A stretch of 64,000 nt of DNA from Blastocystis sp. Blastoise (lineage: Eukaryota; Protista; Bigyra: Opalinata), in NCBI GenBank assembly GCA_039096225.1, contig JBBPEB010000015.1, positions 2,046,001 through 2,110,000 of the forward strand, read 5' to 3'. A model generated the notes under the pieces. The model was given only the letters and a program-made list of their open reading frames with translations, had not been told where the DNA came from and searched no databases. The translations under genes and the position numbers were made by a program. This document shows positions 30,467 to 46,212 of this stretch, piece by piece (position 1 is the first letter of the stretch; every line of letters starts with the position of its first letter).

Positions 30467-30529
30467 GGTACCCACAAGTCCATTCCACATCTTAGCAGCA
30501 TAATCATTAATTTCACCACGAGGACCCCA

Positions 30530-30579
<50 letters not shown>

Positions 30580-30736
30580 CTACATAATATATATATATAT
30601 ACAAGTAATTTGGTTTTTAGCATTGAAATCTAACCAACGACGTTCTTCTTCGTCCTTAGCGAATGACGCAGCACGACGAGTCCAAACACCCAATAAGAAG
30701 TTAAGCTATATGTTATAGTGTTATATAAATATAGTG

Positions 30737-30776
<40 letters not shown>

Positions 30777-30838
30777 TAGTACCAAGAATACGATCAGTAT
30801 CTTTAATTAACTTTAACATAGTCTTAGAAAGAGATTCA

Positions 30839-30924
<86 letters not shown>

Positions 30925-31649
30925 ATCATATTCAGCAGGTTCTTGAGTATATTTACGAGCATAAGTATTTGTACCCTTAAAAGGTGTCTTGGATCCGCAC
31001 GTGCTCTTCATATAACCGTTACTATTAATAGCACCACAGAGGGGATTAGCGTTACAAATAGTGAGGAGTTCGGTAATATTACAAGGTTCACTAGAATCAT
31101 ATCCACATTTCTTAACACGATATAAATCGTTGCCGGGACAATCAGTATCTTCAAGATTATCATATTCATCAATATATTTCTTGTTACTAATCATTTTTTG
31201 AAGTAAGAAATAAAGATCACTAAATAAATATTCGAGAGATTGTCTAGTTAAATCAACTAAATCCTATACATATGTATATATATATTATCAATATATATAT
31301 AATTAGCATACATATTTCCATGGTTCACTAACTGCTTCATATTCCTTATAACTCTATATATATATATATAATAATAATAATAATATATGTATATATATAC
31401 TTGTAAATATAAAGGTAAGGCTTCAGTAACATCTTCAGGTTTTCTGGTCATTTCCACGGGAATTGAGAGATGAGGTTGTTTAGCAATAACTTGTGAATTC
31501 CAACTCCATTGACTATTATAAACACCATGTAAAAGATGTTTCCAAGCGGCAGAAGCAGATTTAGATTCACCACCATATCTTCTAAGTATATATTTCTCAG
31601 TCCAATCTTCAACATTAACTTCTTCAGTTCTCCAGCCCATTTCCTATAG

Positions 31650-31697
<48 letters not shown>

Positions 31698-31747
31698 TCA
31701 TGAGATCATACATAATAGGATTATGCTCAATAGCTTCAGGTGTCATA

Positions 31748-31804
<57 letters not shown>

Positions 31805-31962
31805 GTTCCTACCATAGTATCCTTATTGACTTTATGATCACTGACGGGGTGTTGAGCAATATTATACATATCACCATACATAGCTCTATGACCACCATAA
31901 TTATGAAGCATACACCAAATCCAGTATATATATTAAGGTATATATATAAATAAATAAATAAA

Positions 31963-31999
<37 letters not shown>

Positions 32000-33874
32000 A
32001 TATATATATAAATGAATATATATATTATAAATATTTATAAGGATATCTTTTTATGATTTTTAGCGAATTTTTCGAAGAGAGGACTTTGTTCCGAGTTGAG
32101 ATCCAATATGATTAAACTATATATATATATATATAGAAATGAATAAATAATATACCCTTCATCGGGAATACCAGATAAATAAGCAGCAAGACCTATATAT
32201 ATATATAATATATATATATATATATACGTTCATCATTCCAGAATCCACTATGGAATTGCCATCCCTATATATATATATATTCCCGTGATTATTTACATAC
32301 TTGCATAACCCAGATGCCTTCAGAATCAGCAGATTTAATACCATCATAAACAACTATAAATATATATAAAAATATAAATATATATAAATATATACCTTTA
32401 GCAACATCATGTAAATAGGTGAGATCCGTTGATTTAGGGTATATTATTAAGGATTTCTACGGTAATTACTACATTTATAATAATAATATATAATATATAA
32501 GGATATATCCATTTCATTAAATTGATCAGTATTATAGAAATGAGAAGTAAAACCTAATTCTTCAGTTTGGATTTCGATATATTTCTTGCCGATGGCGGTA
32601 AAGAGAGGGTCTTGAGGGTCTACCATGGTATTGGCGGTATATTTCTCTTGGAATCCATTCCAACCGGTAGCCTTACGAATAGTAGCATTAGGATATATAG
32701 TCTATATGAATAATCATAAGAAATAGATATAATAATCATATATAATAAATAATATTATAGAATATATTATAAGTATTCGCAAAACAATAGTAAAAAATCA
32801 TAATAAATAATAATATACAGCAATAGATTCAGGAACAAATCCAGCAAAAGCAGGTAATACTTGATACATACCAAACTCTTTTTGTCTTTGAACAATCTAT
32901 ATATATAGTATATAATATAATATAAGATATATATATAATATAATATAATATTAATATAATATAAATATATATACCTTAAGATTGATTTCCCATTCTTGAC
33001 GAATCCAGTTGGTAGTTAAAGGTCCACCCCAACGCTGTATATTACCCATACGTTGCCAGGCGTAGAGGAATCAAGGAAAAACACGGGAATAGAATAATAA
33101 CAATATAGTATAATAAAATAATAATTAAAAACTATATAATAATAATAACAATATAGTATAATAATAATAAAAATAATAATAATAAAACTAAAAAAAAAAA
33201 TAATGGATATAAAGAAAGCGGGTCCAGAGAAATAATCTAAAATATCCGATTGAGAAAAACCAAAAGCTAAGAAAACCTTTAACCAAATATATTCTTGACT
33301 ATATATAAATAAATAAAATATATTAAAAAAAAAATAATAATTAAAAAAAAGAAAAAGAAATAATAATTAAAAAATACCCAGTAAAAGTAAGAGGCATATT
33401 GACACCATTAAGAGCCATCCAATCGATTTCTTTTTCCCAACGATTCCAATCCCAGAAAGAGGAAGAATAACTGACAGTACAAACATTCATATAATAACGA
33501 TATTGAACAGCGAAAATATGATGCCAAGTTTCGGTAATTTCAGGTAAGACAGCAGGTAAACGGATATTATTACCAGTACCATTTTCACCCCAACTTATCG
33601 AAGAGTTGCAATAGTATTTCAAGTAATTATTAAGAGCAACACTCATAGCAACAGCATCAGAACCTTTTAACACGATCTTTTCACCATTCTTTCCGGATTT
33701 CGTAAGTTCGAAAACGTCAAGATCATTCTCTTTAGGAATTTCTTCAAAAACGAAAGACTCTACATATTCTTCACCGAGAAGACGACCAACAAGTCCTTGG
33801 ACAGTTTCAACACTATTACTAGCATATGCAGTAGCTAGAATTAAAGCAAAACACAAAAACAATACGTTTTTCAT
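29897..33874 (-). CDS. NAGLU: Alpha-N-acetylglucosaminidase (GH89), secreted/lysosomal, about 20 exons including three AT-AC introns
   Basis: Signal peptide; [80 protein letters not shown]. Confidence 0.95.
31924..32046 (-). other. U12-type AT-AC intron 3 of NAGLU (123 nt, phase 0)
   Basis: 5' ATATCCTTAT; 3' ACCTTAATATATATAC; removal restores NHKK|[11 protein letters not shown]. Confidence 0.93.
32439..32506 (-). other. U12-type AT-AC intron 2 of NAGLU (68 nt, phase 0)
   Basis: 5' ATATCCTTAT; 3' ATCCTTAATAATATAC; removal restores catalytic-region FNEMD|PKS. Confidence 0.95.
33062..33210 (-). other. U12-type AT-AC intron 1 of NAGLU (149 nt, phase 0)
   Basis: 5' ATATCCATTA; 3' TTTTTCCTTGATTCCTCTAC; removal restores GPAFF|AWQRMGN. 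Confidence 0.93.
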
Positions 33875-35030
33875 ATTGAATAAACAATAAATATTTTTAT
33901 TAGTGTTTGATGTTTCATAAAGAGAAAAGATACATGTGCTTTAGCTTCATTATATTAGGGATCATATTCTTTAATTGATCCCAAAATAATTCCTTTTAAT
34001 GGCCATTTTGTTTTATTGTGTTCATCGTTTTTTAAAGAACATGTTTTTCTTTTGGAACATAGTTATATGACGAATTGTATGCAAATATGCTAAGAGAAAA
34101 AGAATTTCTTTGAATTCTTTTTTTCCGTGAAAATGTGCTCTTTGGATTGTTTGCTTATTTCTTATTTGCGATAAAGATATGTACATAGAGAAGTCAGAAA
34201 TTAATAAGAAAAGCTATCTATCATGAGTTCAACAATTATTAAAACTATTTCATAACTGTTTCACATTTTACTTTTTGAAAGAAAAATCATTCGCTTTCCA
34301 TCAGTTTTAAATAATGAAAAACGTTTGATGCGACTTGATACTTATTAAGGAATGCTACTATAATTAAAAAATACACTTTAAAAAATTAAAAAAAAAATAA
34401 AATTCATTTTCACGGTTCAAACTTATTTATTTTTGTGATTATAATAACACGACTATGTAAACAATTTCAAAATTGTGTAGAATGAAAAAATTGATTCAAA
34501 ACTCTTAAATTAGTCTCTTGTCATTAGTTCTTTGTGTAAGACTTTTTAATGATGACACACTGATATTCATGAATAAATATATGTTTCTAGATATAACTAA
34601 AAGAAATGTTATAACGAAATAACTTATTAAGGCGATTCTAATTTGCAAGACTTGAATCAATGTGCTATGATATCTACTAGATCTGAAGACTTCAAACCTA
34701 ATACAGTGTCTTAAGTCAATTCTTACAATTTAGAGCTTCTTCAGTTAGTTTAGTCCATAAATAGGGAATAATCTCGGAGATTTTGATTTGAATAGAGTAC
34801 TAAGAATATTTACGGTTTTAATATGATTTATTGATAAATTATGATTCCATCCCATGAAAAACTTCTAATGGTTGTCATTATTCAGTAAAAATGAAAAGAC
34901 ACAAATATTTCCCCTTTTTTGTTATAGGATTTTTAAATGTTCGGTTATATTTAAACTGATCTAGTGTTGGTTTAATTGTAATTTAATTTTTTTTTATATT
35001 TAACGCTATCTAAATATACTATTAGTTGAT

Positions 35031-37726
<2,696 letters not shown>

Positions 37727-38310
37727 TAAGTATTCTATATATTTATCATATATGTTGTAAGTGAGTCTATAAATACATATATGATTTTTTATTGGTTTTT
37801 AAACATACAACACATTCTATATATTTGTATTCATTTATTATTGTTTATATATATAAATAATAATATATTTTTTTCTAAGTTTTTTTTTCTAATATTATTA
37901 AGAATATTTTGTTTCTAATAGTTTTATATGAATAACTTAAATGAATTATTATTCATAAAAAATTTAGTAATTATTATTCTTTTTCATTTTTATAAAATAA
38001 AACTTATTTTATGTAATGTTAAAAATAATTTCTTACTATCTCTAAAAATAACTTGTATTGTTTGTTTGTTCCAACATGAATAGTAAAAATAATCCTTCTT
38101 CATATGGATTGTGTTCATTCTATATGAACATATAGTATTGAATAGTATTTTGACGTTGTTTATACTATTTTAATTACAGAAAATTTTTTAGAAAAAGTAT
38201 AGCTTATTATAAAAAATATCTGATTATATTATATAGATAATTCTTTATTATAGTAATAAATACGTATTAAAAGAAAAAGAGAAATATATGATAGTATATT
38301 ATTTCATTAA

Positions 38311-38955
38311 CTATGGTTTTGTTTGAATTGCCTATGAAATATATAATAAGAGAATTATTAAATAAAAAATAAATAATATGTAATTTAGATATAAATATAT
38401 AAATATAATAGTTTATAATATAATATAATATAATAGTTTATAATATAATATAATAGTTTATAATAAAATATAATGCTTGTTCAATTTGATTCATGATTTC
38501 TGGAGTCAATAATTTATATACTTCTAAACATTTTAGATTTTCTTGAACCTATGAATATTATACATATATATATATATATAAAATAAAATAAAAATAATGA
38601 CTACTATTAATTGATAGTATTATAAATAATATAATAATAATATACTTGTTGAATAGAAGATGCACCAAATGTAATAGTAGATATATGTGTATTCTAATGA
38701 TAATAATGAATAGAATTTCTTATTATATATATATATATATACTTTAAGAATCCAAGCAAGAGAAAGAAGAGAAGGAGAAACAGAGAGAGATTCACATATA
38801 GGGAATATATTCTTTATTCGTTTATTCATATTATCTAATCCTTCAATATCCATACCATATGAATTATGCTCAACTCTATCTTTAAGTTCTTTATTATGAA
38901 TATCTGCTAATCTTCCTTCTTTTATTCCATCTAAATATTTTCCTATATATAATAA

Positions 38956-38992
<37 letters not shown>

Positions 38993-39041
38993 GTTAAAAT
39001 CCCACCAGCAAGAGGACCATATGCAGATATACCTAAACAAA

Positions 39042-39075
<34 letters not shown>

Positions 39076-39145
39076 ATAAAATTATATTTTTACCAAGTGA
39101 ATAAGGAGGTTCAAAAAGAGGAATATAATCTTTTTATATATAAAA

Positions 39146-39199
<54 letters not shown>

Positions 39200-40189
39200 T
39201 TCAATATCTTTTCTGCATAAAAGATTATATCTATTTTGTTCTACAATGGGAGGAATGAGATGGAGACGATCACAAATGGAAAAGACCTATATATATATAT
39301 ATTTTTTTTTTTTGAAATATATATATATACTTCTTCGATCTTTTCTACAGGCCATTTACTTGTACCTATATTAGTATAATAATATAAATAACACACATAA
39401 TATAAAGATATATAATAATAATAATAAACGTAATAAAAAAAATTAATAAAAATAATAATAAACTTATATATACCCCAATAAAACGTATATCCTTTTTCTA
39501 TAATATAATTCATTGCACGAACAACTTCTTCTAATGGGGTATTTGCATCATATCTATATATTAATATATATATAACTATAATATATATAATTATAATATC
39601 CATAATATATATATATAACTATAATATATATATATTCAACATTGTTTTAATATATATTCTATTAATATAAACAATATACCTATGACAATACGTGATATCA
39701 ACATAATCAAGTTGAAGTCTTTTTAATGAGTTTTGAATGCCTTCAATTATATGTTTTCTACTTAATCCAGTTCTGTTGACACTCCATGAAGGTTTTGGAA
39801 GTTCTTCATCCCAAAATAATTTTGTAGAAATAACAACATCGGATCGTTTACATTCATCTATTTAAAAAAACATTTATAGTTCAGCAAAATATATAATAAG
39901 TATACGATTTTTAAACCATCTATTTAATACTTTTCCCATAATGACTTCACTCTGACCTATTTATAAAATAAATAACAAAAAAAAAGGTATGACGATTAGA
40001 TTCATAGGAGATCATCATTATACCTCCTTCATATTGTTCTGCGGTATCAAAGTAATTCACTCCACCATCTCTTGCAGCTGTCATACAACAATACGCTTCT
40101 TCTTCTCTGTCTGGTCTGAATGTCTTCCATGTGCCAAAGGAAAGAACACTCACTTTAAGACCACTATTCCCAAGTTTTCTGTATTCCAT
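38311..40189 (-). CDS. Aldo-keto reductase, Kv-beta (AKR6)-like
   Basis: MEYRKLGNSGLKVSVLSFGTW, YFDTAEQY, GLSRKHIIEG, TPLEEVVRAMNYIIEKGYTFYWGTSKW, C-terminus IEQAIQTKP*. Confidence 0.92.
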
Positions 40190-40779
40190 AAAAATATATT
40201 TATAGAATAAAAACACTGTTATTTTCCATTCTTTTCTTTAAGATCTACAAATAAACACGATTGCATTTTCATTTGTGTTATTCATGAATTAATACTATTT
40301 AAATACTTTTTACATATAATTAAGGCTCTTTATTAATATACAGGTGAGTCTATGATTGAAATCTGCTTTTTAAAATCATGATGTATGCAAAAAAACGCAT
40401 TGACTTAAATTGGTTAATTATCATGTAAAGAAAACAGTAATAAAGACTATTCTAATGTAATTCTGCTCTTACAATATAATAGTTTATAGCAAGTCCTTCA
40501 ATTTATTTATTAATTCATTAGAACAAAACAATTCGTTGTATATATAAAATAAAACTTCAACCAACTACAAATTAATAAAGGCAAATAACAATACGAATGA
40601 CCTTTAAAAATAAGAGATAAAATAAGTGTTTATAAATGAATAAATACCTGAAATAAGTAAAAAAAAAAATTGAAAAGAAAAATTGATTAAATAATAAATA
40701 AAATAAGCAAGATAAATATATATATGATGAATAGTGTTTAATAAATAAAAGACAAGAATAGTTCTTAAATAAATTGAGT

Positions 40780-43700
40780 TTAATTAAGATCTTCAGGTTT
40801 AGGAGGAATAGGAGAAGTACCTTCTGGATAATCAGCAGGAGTAGTATTCTTAGTATTTGATTCTTGTGTAGTAGAAGTTTGTGTTTGAGGAATAGAACCA
40901 GTATATCCTTTAACCATAGTATAAAGATTAGGATCATTAGCAGCTACGACCATACCACTGAATATACTATTAGGATTATTTAATAGATTAAGAGGAGTAT
41001 CAAATTCAGCGACAATACCTTGATCCATGACACAGACTCTGTCACTATCCATAATAGTATTCAAACGATGAGCAATAGTTAATACAGTACAATTAACAAA
41101 TTGTTTACGAATCATAGTTTGTAAGAATCCATCAGTTTCATTATCTAAAGAAGCAGTAGCTTCATCCATAATTAATACTTTAGGTCTCTTTAATAAAGCT
41201 CTAGCCATACATATAAGTTGACGTTGACCAACAGAGAAATTACTACCTCCTTCATGAACATCACCATCTAATTTACCAGGTAAAGCATCAATAGCTTCTT
41301 TTAATTCGACTTCTTCTAATACTCTCCAAATCTCTTCATCACTAGATTCATTAAAAGGATCTAAGTTAAAACGAACAGAAGCACTAAATAAAACAGGATC
41401 TTGAGGAATAATACATAAATGACGACGAACATCTTCTAAACCTATATCTTCTAATTTAATATTATCCATATATATAGCACCTCCACAACATTCACTTATT
41501 CTAAATAATCCTACCATAAGACTACTTTTACCTGCACCTGTTCTACCTACAACACCTACTTTCTCCATAGGATGAATATCCATATTCACACCTTTTAATA
41601 CTTTAGGACCATTTCTATATCTCATTTCAAAGTTATCAAATTTAATAGCACCTTCAGTAGGCCAATTTTCAGGAGGTCTATGATCCTCTAGTATCATAGG
41701 AGGTTCAGGTTCAACAGTATCTATATAATACTTAACTCTTTCAACACTATTCATTTGAGCTTCCATTTGAGCAACCATTTTAGTCCAATTTTTAAGTGTA
41801 TGACCCATACCTGATGAAGCATTTAAGGCAATACCTAATAAACCAGCATCCATAGTACCTTTAAGAAGATTTGAAATTAAAGCAATAAAGAAAGAAACAA
41901 AAGCAACAAGAGTTTCTGTACGAATAGTTAACCAGCATGAACAGAATTGGAACATAACTTGTCTATGATTATTAATATAAATTCTACTTTCCATCTTATT
42001 AATAAAACGTTCTTGATGACCATAAGCACGAATAGTAGGAGCACCAGAAAGAACAGCTTGGAAATCTTCGAATATAGGAGAACGAGATAAAGATTCGAGT
42101 CTTTGAACATCAGTATTAGCACGTCTGAAATATAATTGAACAAAATAGAAAATAACAATAATAATAGCTAAAATAATAAGCATCCAACCTTTAGTAGTAA
42201 TACCAATTTGAACAACATATCCAACAAGAACTGTGGTTTGCATAACAACTTGTAAAATAGTATTTGAAAGTTGATGATCAATGAAATCAATATCTTTATT
42301 AAATCTATTTAAAATTCTACCTACAGGAGTAACATCATGGAAAGCAACAGGAGCAGACATAATAACTTCACTTAAATCTTTATGAATAGTTTTAGCAGCT
42401 CTAATTCTAGCAGGAACAGAACAACAAGCACGAATAATAAAGAAAACAACAACACATATTAATATATAACCATAACCAGAAAGATAATAATTAGTACTAA
42501 TTTGACATTGTTCAGTAATCTTTGTTAAATTATCAACAGGATCAATATATGTACCATTTGTACATTGATTATCTCCTGACCAATCAGATAACCAGAATTG
42601 AGAATAGATAGACATAGCTTGACCAATAATAAATGCTAATAAAATAACTATTACATATCCATAACCACTTCGTTTGAAATAATAATTATATAATGATAAA
42701 GGAATAGCTCCTTTTTCTTGTTCTTCTTGTTCAACTAATTCTCCTTTATCTTCTTTCTTTTCTTCTTTAGGTTTAGCTGAAGAAGCTTTAGTAGAAGTAC
42801 GAGTTGATGTCATTTCACTAGAACGAGTACCATGTCCTTCTACTGAAGCTAAAACATCTATATTCTGAGATTTTAATTCTTCCCAAGTACCTTGAGCTTC
42901 TATACAATTATCTCCTAGTAATACAATATAATCACATTTAGGTAAATATTGAAGAGCATTGGTAACAAGAATACGAGTCTTTCCATTTAATTCAGTTTTA
43001 ATACATTTATTGAATAAATATTTACCAACATGAGCATCAACAGCAGCAATAGGATCATCCATAATAACTATATCTGTATCACTATATACACAACGAGCTA
43101 AACCAATTCTAGCTTTTTGACCACCAGAAAGATTAATACCACGTTCACCGATCTCACACATTTCACCACCTTTTAATACCTTTAAATCATCTTCCATACA
43201 ACATACATGTAAAGCACGTTTATAACGTTTCTCATCAAATTCTTTACCAAATAAAATATTACCTCGAACAGTATCATTGACCATCCAAGCTTGTTGAGAA
43301 GCAAATGAAATAGAACCATTAACAATACAACAACCACTATTCTTTGTCATTTCACCAATAAGAGCAGAAACAAAAGAAGTCTTACCACTTCCCACTCGAC
43401 CTACTACTGCTACTAATGATCCTTTTTTAACCTATATTATATTATATTATTATATTTTATATAAAATAATAATAAAAACACTATTTTATATATATAAAAA
43501 TATATATTTACAAAAAAAAAAAACTAAATAAATACCTTTAAATTAATATCTTTTAAGACATTATCTCCATCACCCCAAGCAAAGGAACCATCTTCAACAA
43601 GAATAGCATCTTCTTTAGCATCAAAATCATGTATTTGTTTTTTATTTCCATTTTCATCTGTATATTCAATACTATCTGCACTAGTTAAATTACGATAGAC

Positions 43701-45539
43701 TAAGGAATCATCAACTTCATCTAAAGATAAGAAGTGATTAATACGTTTTAAAGAAACATTAAATTGAATAAACATCATAAGACACATAGGTAACATCATA
43801 AAAGGTACACGAATAATTTCAAATAGATTTAATGAAGTAAATACAACAGAAGGAGTAAGAGGTTGATTCATAGCAGAAGGATATAAAGCAAATATAATAA
43901 AAGGTATTAAATAAGGAACAATTTGTAATACTACATCAAAACCAAGTGTCATTAACCAACTCATATTCGCTACTTGTTTTAATTCTTTTTCACGAACTTC
44001 ACTTACTTTACCTAAGAAAGGTCTTTCCCAACAATAATACTTAATTACACGAATACCTATATATAGGAGATATATATATTATATTTATATGTAAAATATT
44101 TATAAGTTGAATATAAATAATAATAATAATAGAAAATAATAAATAAATAATAATAAATAAATAAATAAATAATAATAATGATAATAAAAAAAATAATATT
44201 AAAAAAATAATAATAAGTAAATAAAATAAAACAATATATATATACCCATAAGAACTTCATTTAATAATTTAACTCTTTCATCAGTACATTTCATATTACG
44301 TTCTCTGAATTTTCTTGCATAGACAGTACAGAATATTTGTACAATGAGCATAATCACTAAAATACCAATAACAACAGAAGTTAACCATCCAATTAATTGA
44401 GCAAGAAGTACAATAGCTACTACAAGCATAATAGGTACACTAATTGTCATAAGAATAACAGCAGCAAACATTTGTAACATATTAGTATCTGAACTCATAA
44501 TATTCACTAATTGACCAGTAGAAGTATTTCCTTTAGCTGTAGATGTTAAATATAATGCTTTTCTATAAACAGCTTCAGAAGCCATTGATTTCATTTGAAC
44601 ACCTATTCTTGTCATAATCATTTGAGCACTAGTACTTAAATATGAATTAATTACAGGAAGAACAAATAATAAAACAGTATATGTCCAACGAGTAGCATCA
44701 TTCAAATATTCTTCTTCACCTGTATATTCTAAATCTGTAACTAATTCCTTTAAAATTAATGTAGGAACAAAACCAATAATAATACCAATTATAAAAGCTA
44801 CAAAAGGCCATATCCTATAGAGATGTTTTTGTTATATATGTATTTTAAATTTATATATATAATAAATATAAATATATATAAATATATAAAATTATATATA
44901 AATATATATAAATATATAAAATTATATATAAATATATATAAAATTATATATAAATATATAAAAATAATATAAAATAAACTACATACCAATTCCAAATACC
45001 AGTAGCTTTAACAACAGATCCAAAAAGAGAACGTTTATCAGCAGGTTTAGAATCTTCTAATTTATAATATGATTCGAATTTATTGTACAGCAAAGCAGGA
45101 TCATCAGTCTTACTAGGTGCACCAAGATCTTCAGCTGTAAGAGACTTCTTCATACCACCATAAATCATCTTATCAAGGAAAAGAACCCTATAAAAAAATA
45201 TCAATGTTAGTTTTTTTTATTATCAGAATTTATTGAAATGCTATGAAATGTATATACATTGGCCATGTGAACCAGTTAGATTTACTTTCATAGTTAACTT
45301 CATTCTTTACAGGCTTTTCATCTTTAGTAGTATCATGAATATCAATATCCTATAGAAATACAATTTTAAATTCGTTGTATGCTAAGAAAATTGCTTCAAA
45401 CTTACAATATCTTTATCAGCAGGAGAGTCTAGTTTCTATAGAGATAACAAAATTAGAATTGAAAAAAATATATGCAGAAATCTTATACATTATCTGTCTC
45501 TTCATGAATAGTAGCTAATTCTATTTTTGTATCAGCCAT
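40780..45539 (-). CDS. ABCC/MRP-family ABC transporter (TMD-NBD-TMD-NBD, no TMD0)
   Basis: Walker A GRVGSGKTS and GRTGAGKSS; signatures LSGGQKAR and FSVGQRQL; IIPQDPVLF, DEATAS. Confidence 0.95.
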
Positions 45540-46212
45540 TTTTTATATAATAAAAGTTGTTCTGATAACAAATATTTTTAAAATAAAATATGATGTGATA
45601 ATTCATTCCATTTGTTTCTCTGATGAATAAATTCAGTATTCGAAAGAACTCTAACAACAATGACAGAGAACGCGTATAACAAATTTAGAAGTTCGTTTCG
45701 AAAAATAGAATGTTCGAATTTGAAAAAAGAACTCGAATAGAACTCCTTAAGTATGCTTTTTAATGTGTGATTTATAACCTCTCCTTTTGTTTCTTCTGTC
45801 TCTCCATATATTTTTTGAAAAGATCCATTGGTTCTCCTTTTTTAACCATTCATTTCAGAAAAGAGTTGGTTCTCTATTATTCTTTCGAATTAATCATACT
45901 TTATTTAGTATTTTTCTTCACTATTTTTGCTTCTTTTGTGTAATAGAGTCATTTCATAAGGAATGAAATATAAGAAATAGTGAATGAATTTTAATTAGAC
46001 TGATTTACATGATTTTATATTGTGAATTATACATGTGTGCGTGTAGTTTTTATGAATTATGTTGTTAAATATCATTTTAAAAGAAGAGAGTATATGGTAA
46101 TTCACATTAAAAAAAAATAATAGTAACAATAACAACATAAATTAAAAAGGAGAATATTTTATAAAATGCATGAATAATGAGCATTTTAAATGAAACAGTA
46201 AGTAATCACTGT

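Noticed and set aside
38059-38070. TGTTTGTT motif, as in Blastocystis polyadenylation-generated stop codons
   Set aside because: It lies about 330 nt beyond an encoded stop. Every complete gene reconstructed here has a genomic stop codon, so there is no evidence for poly(A)-created stops in this window.
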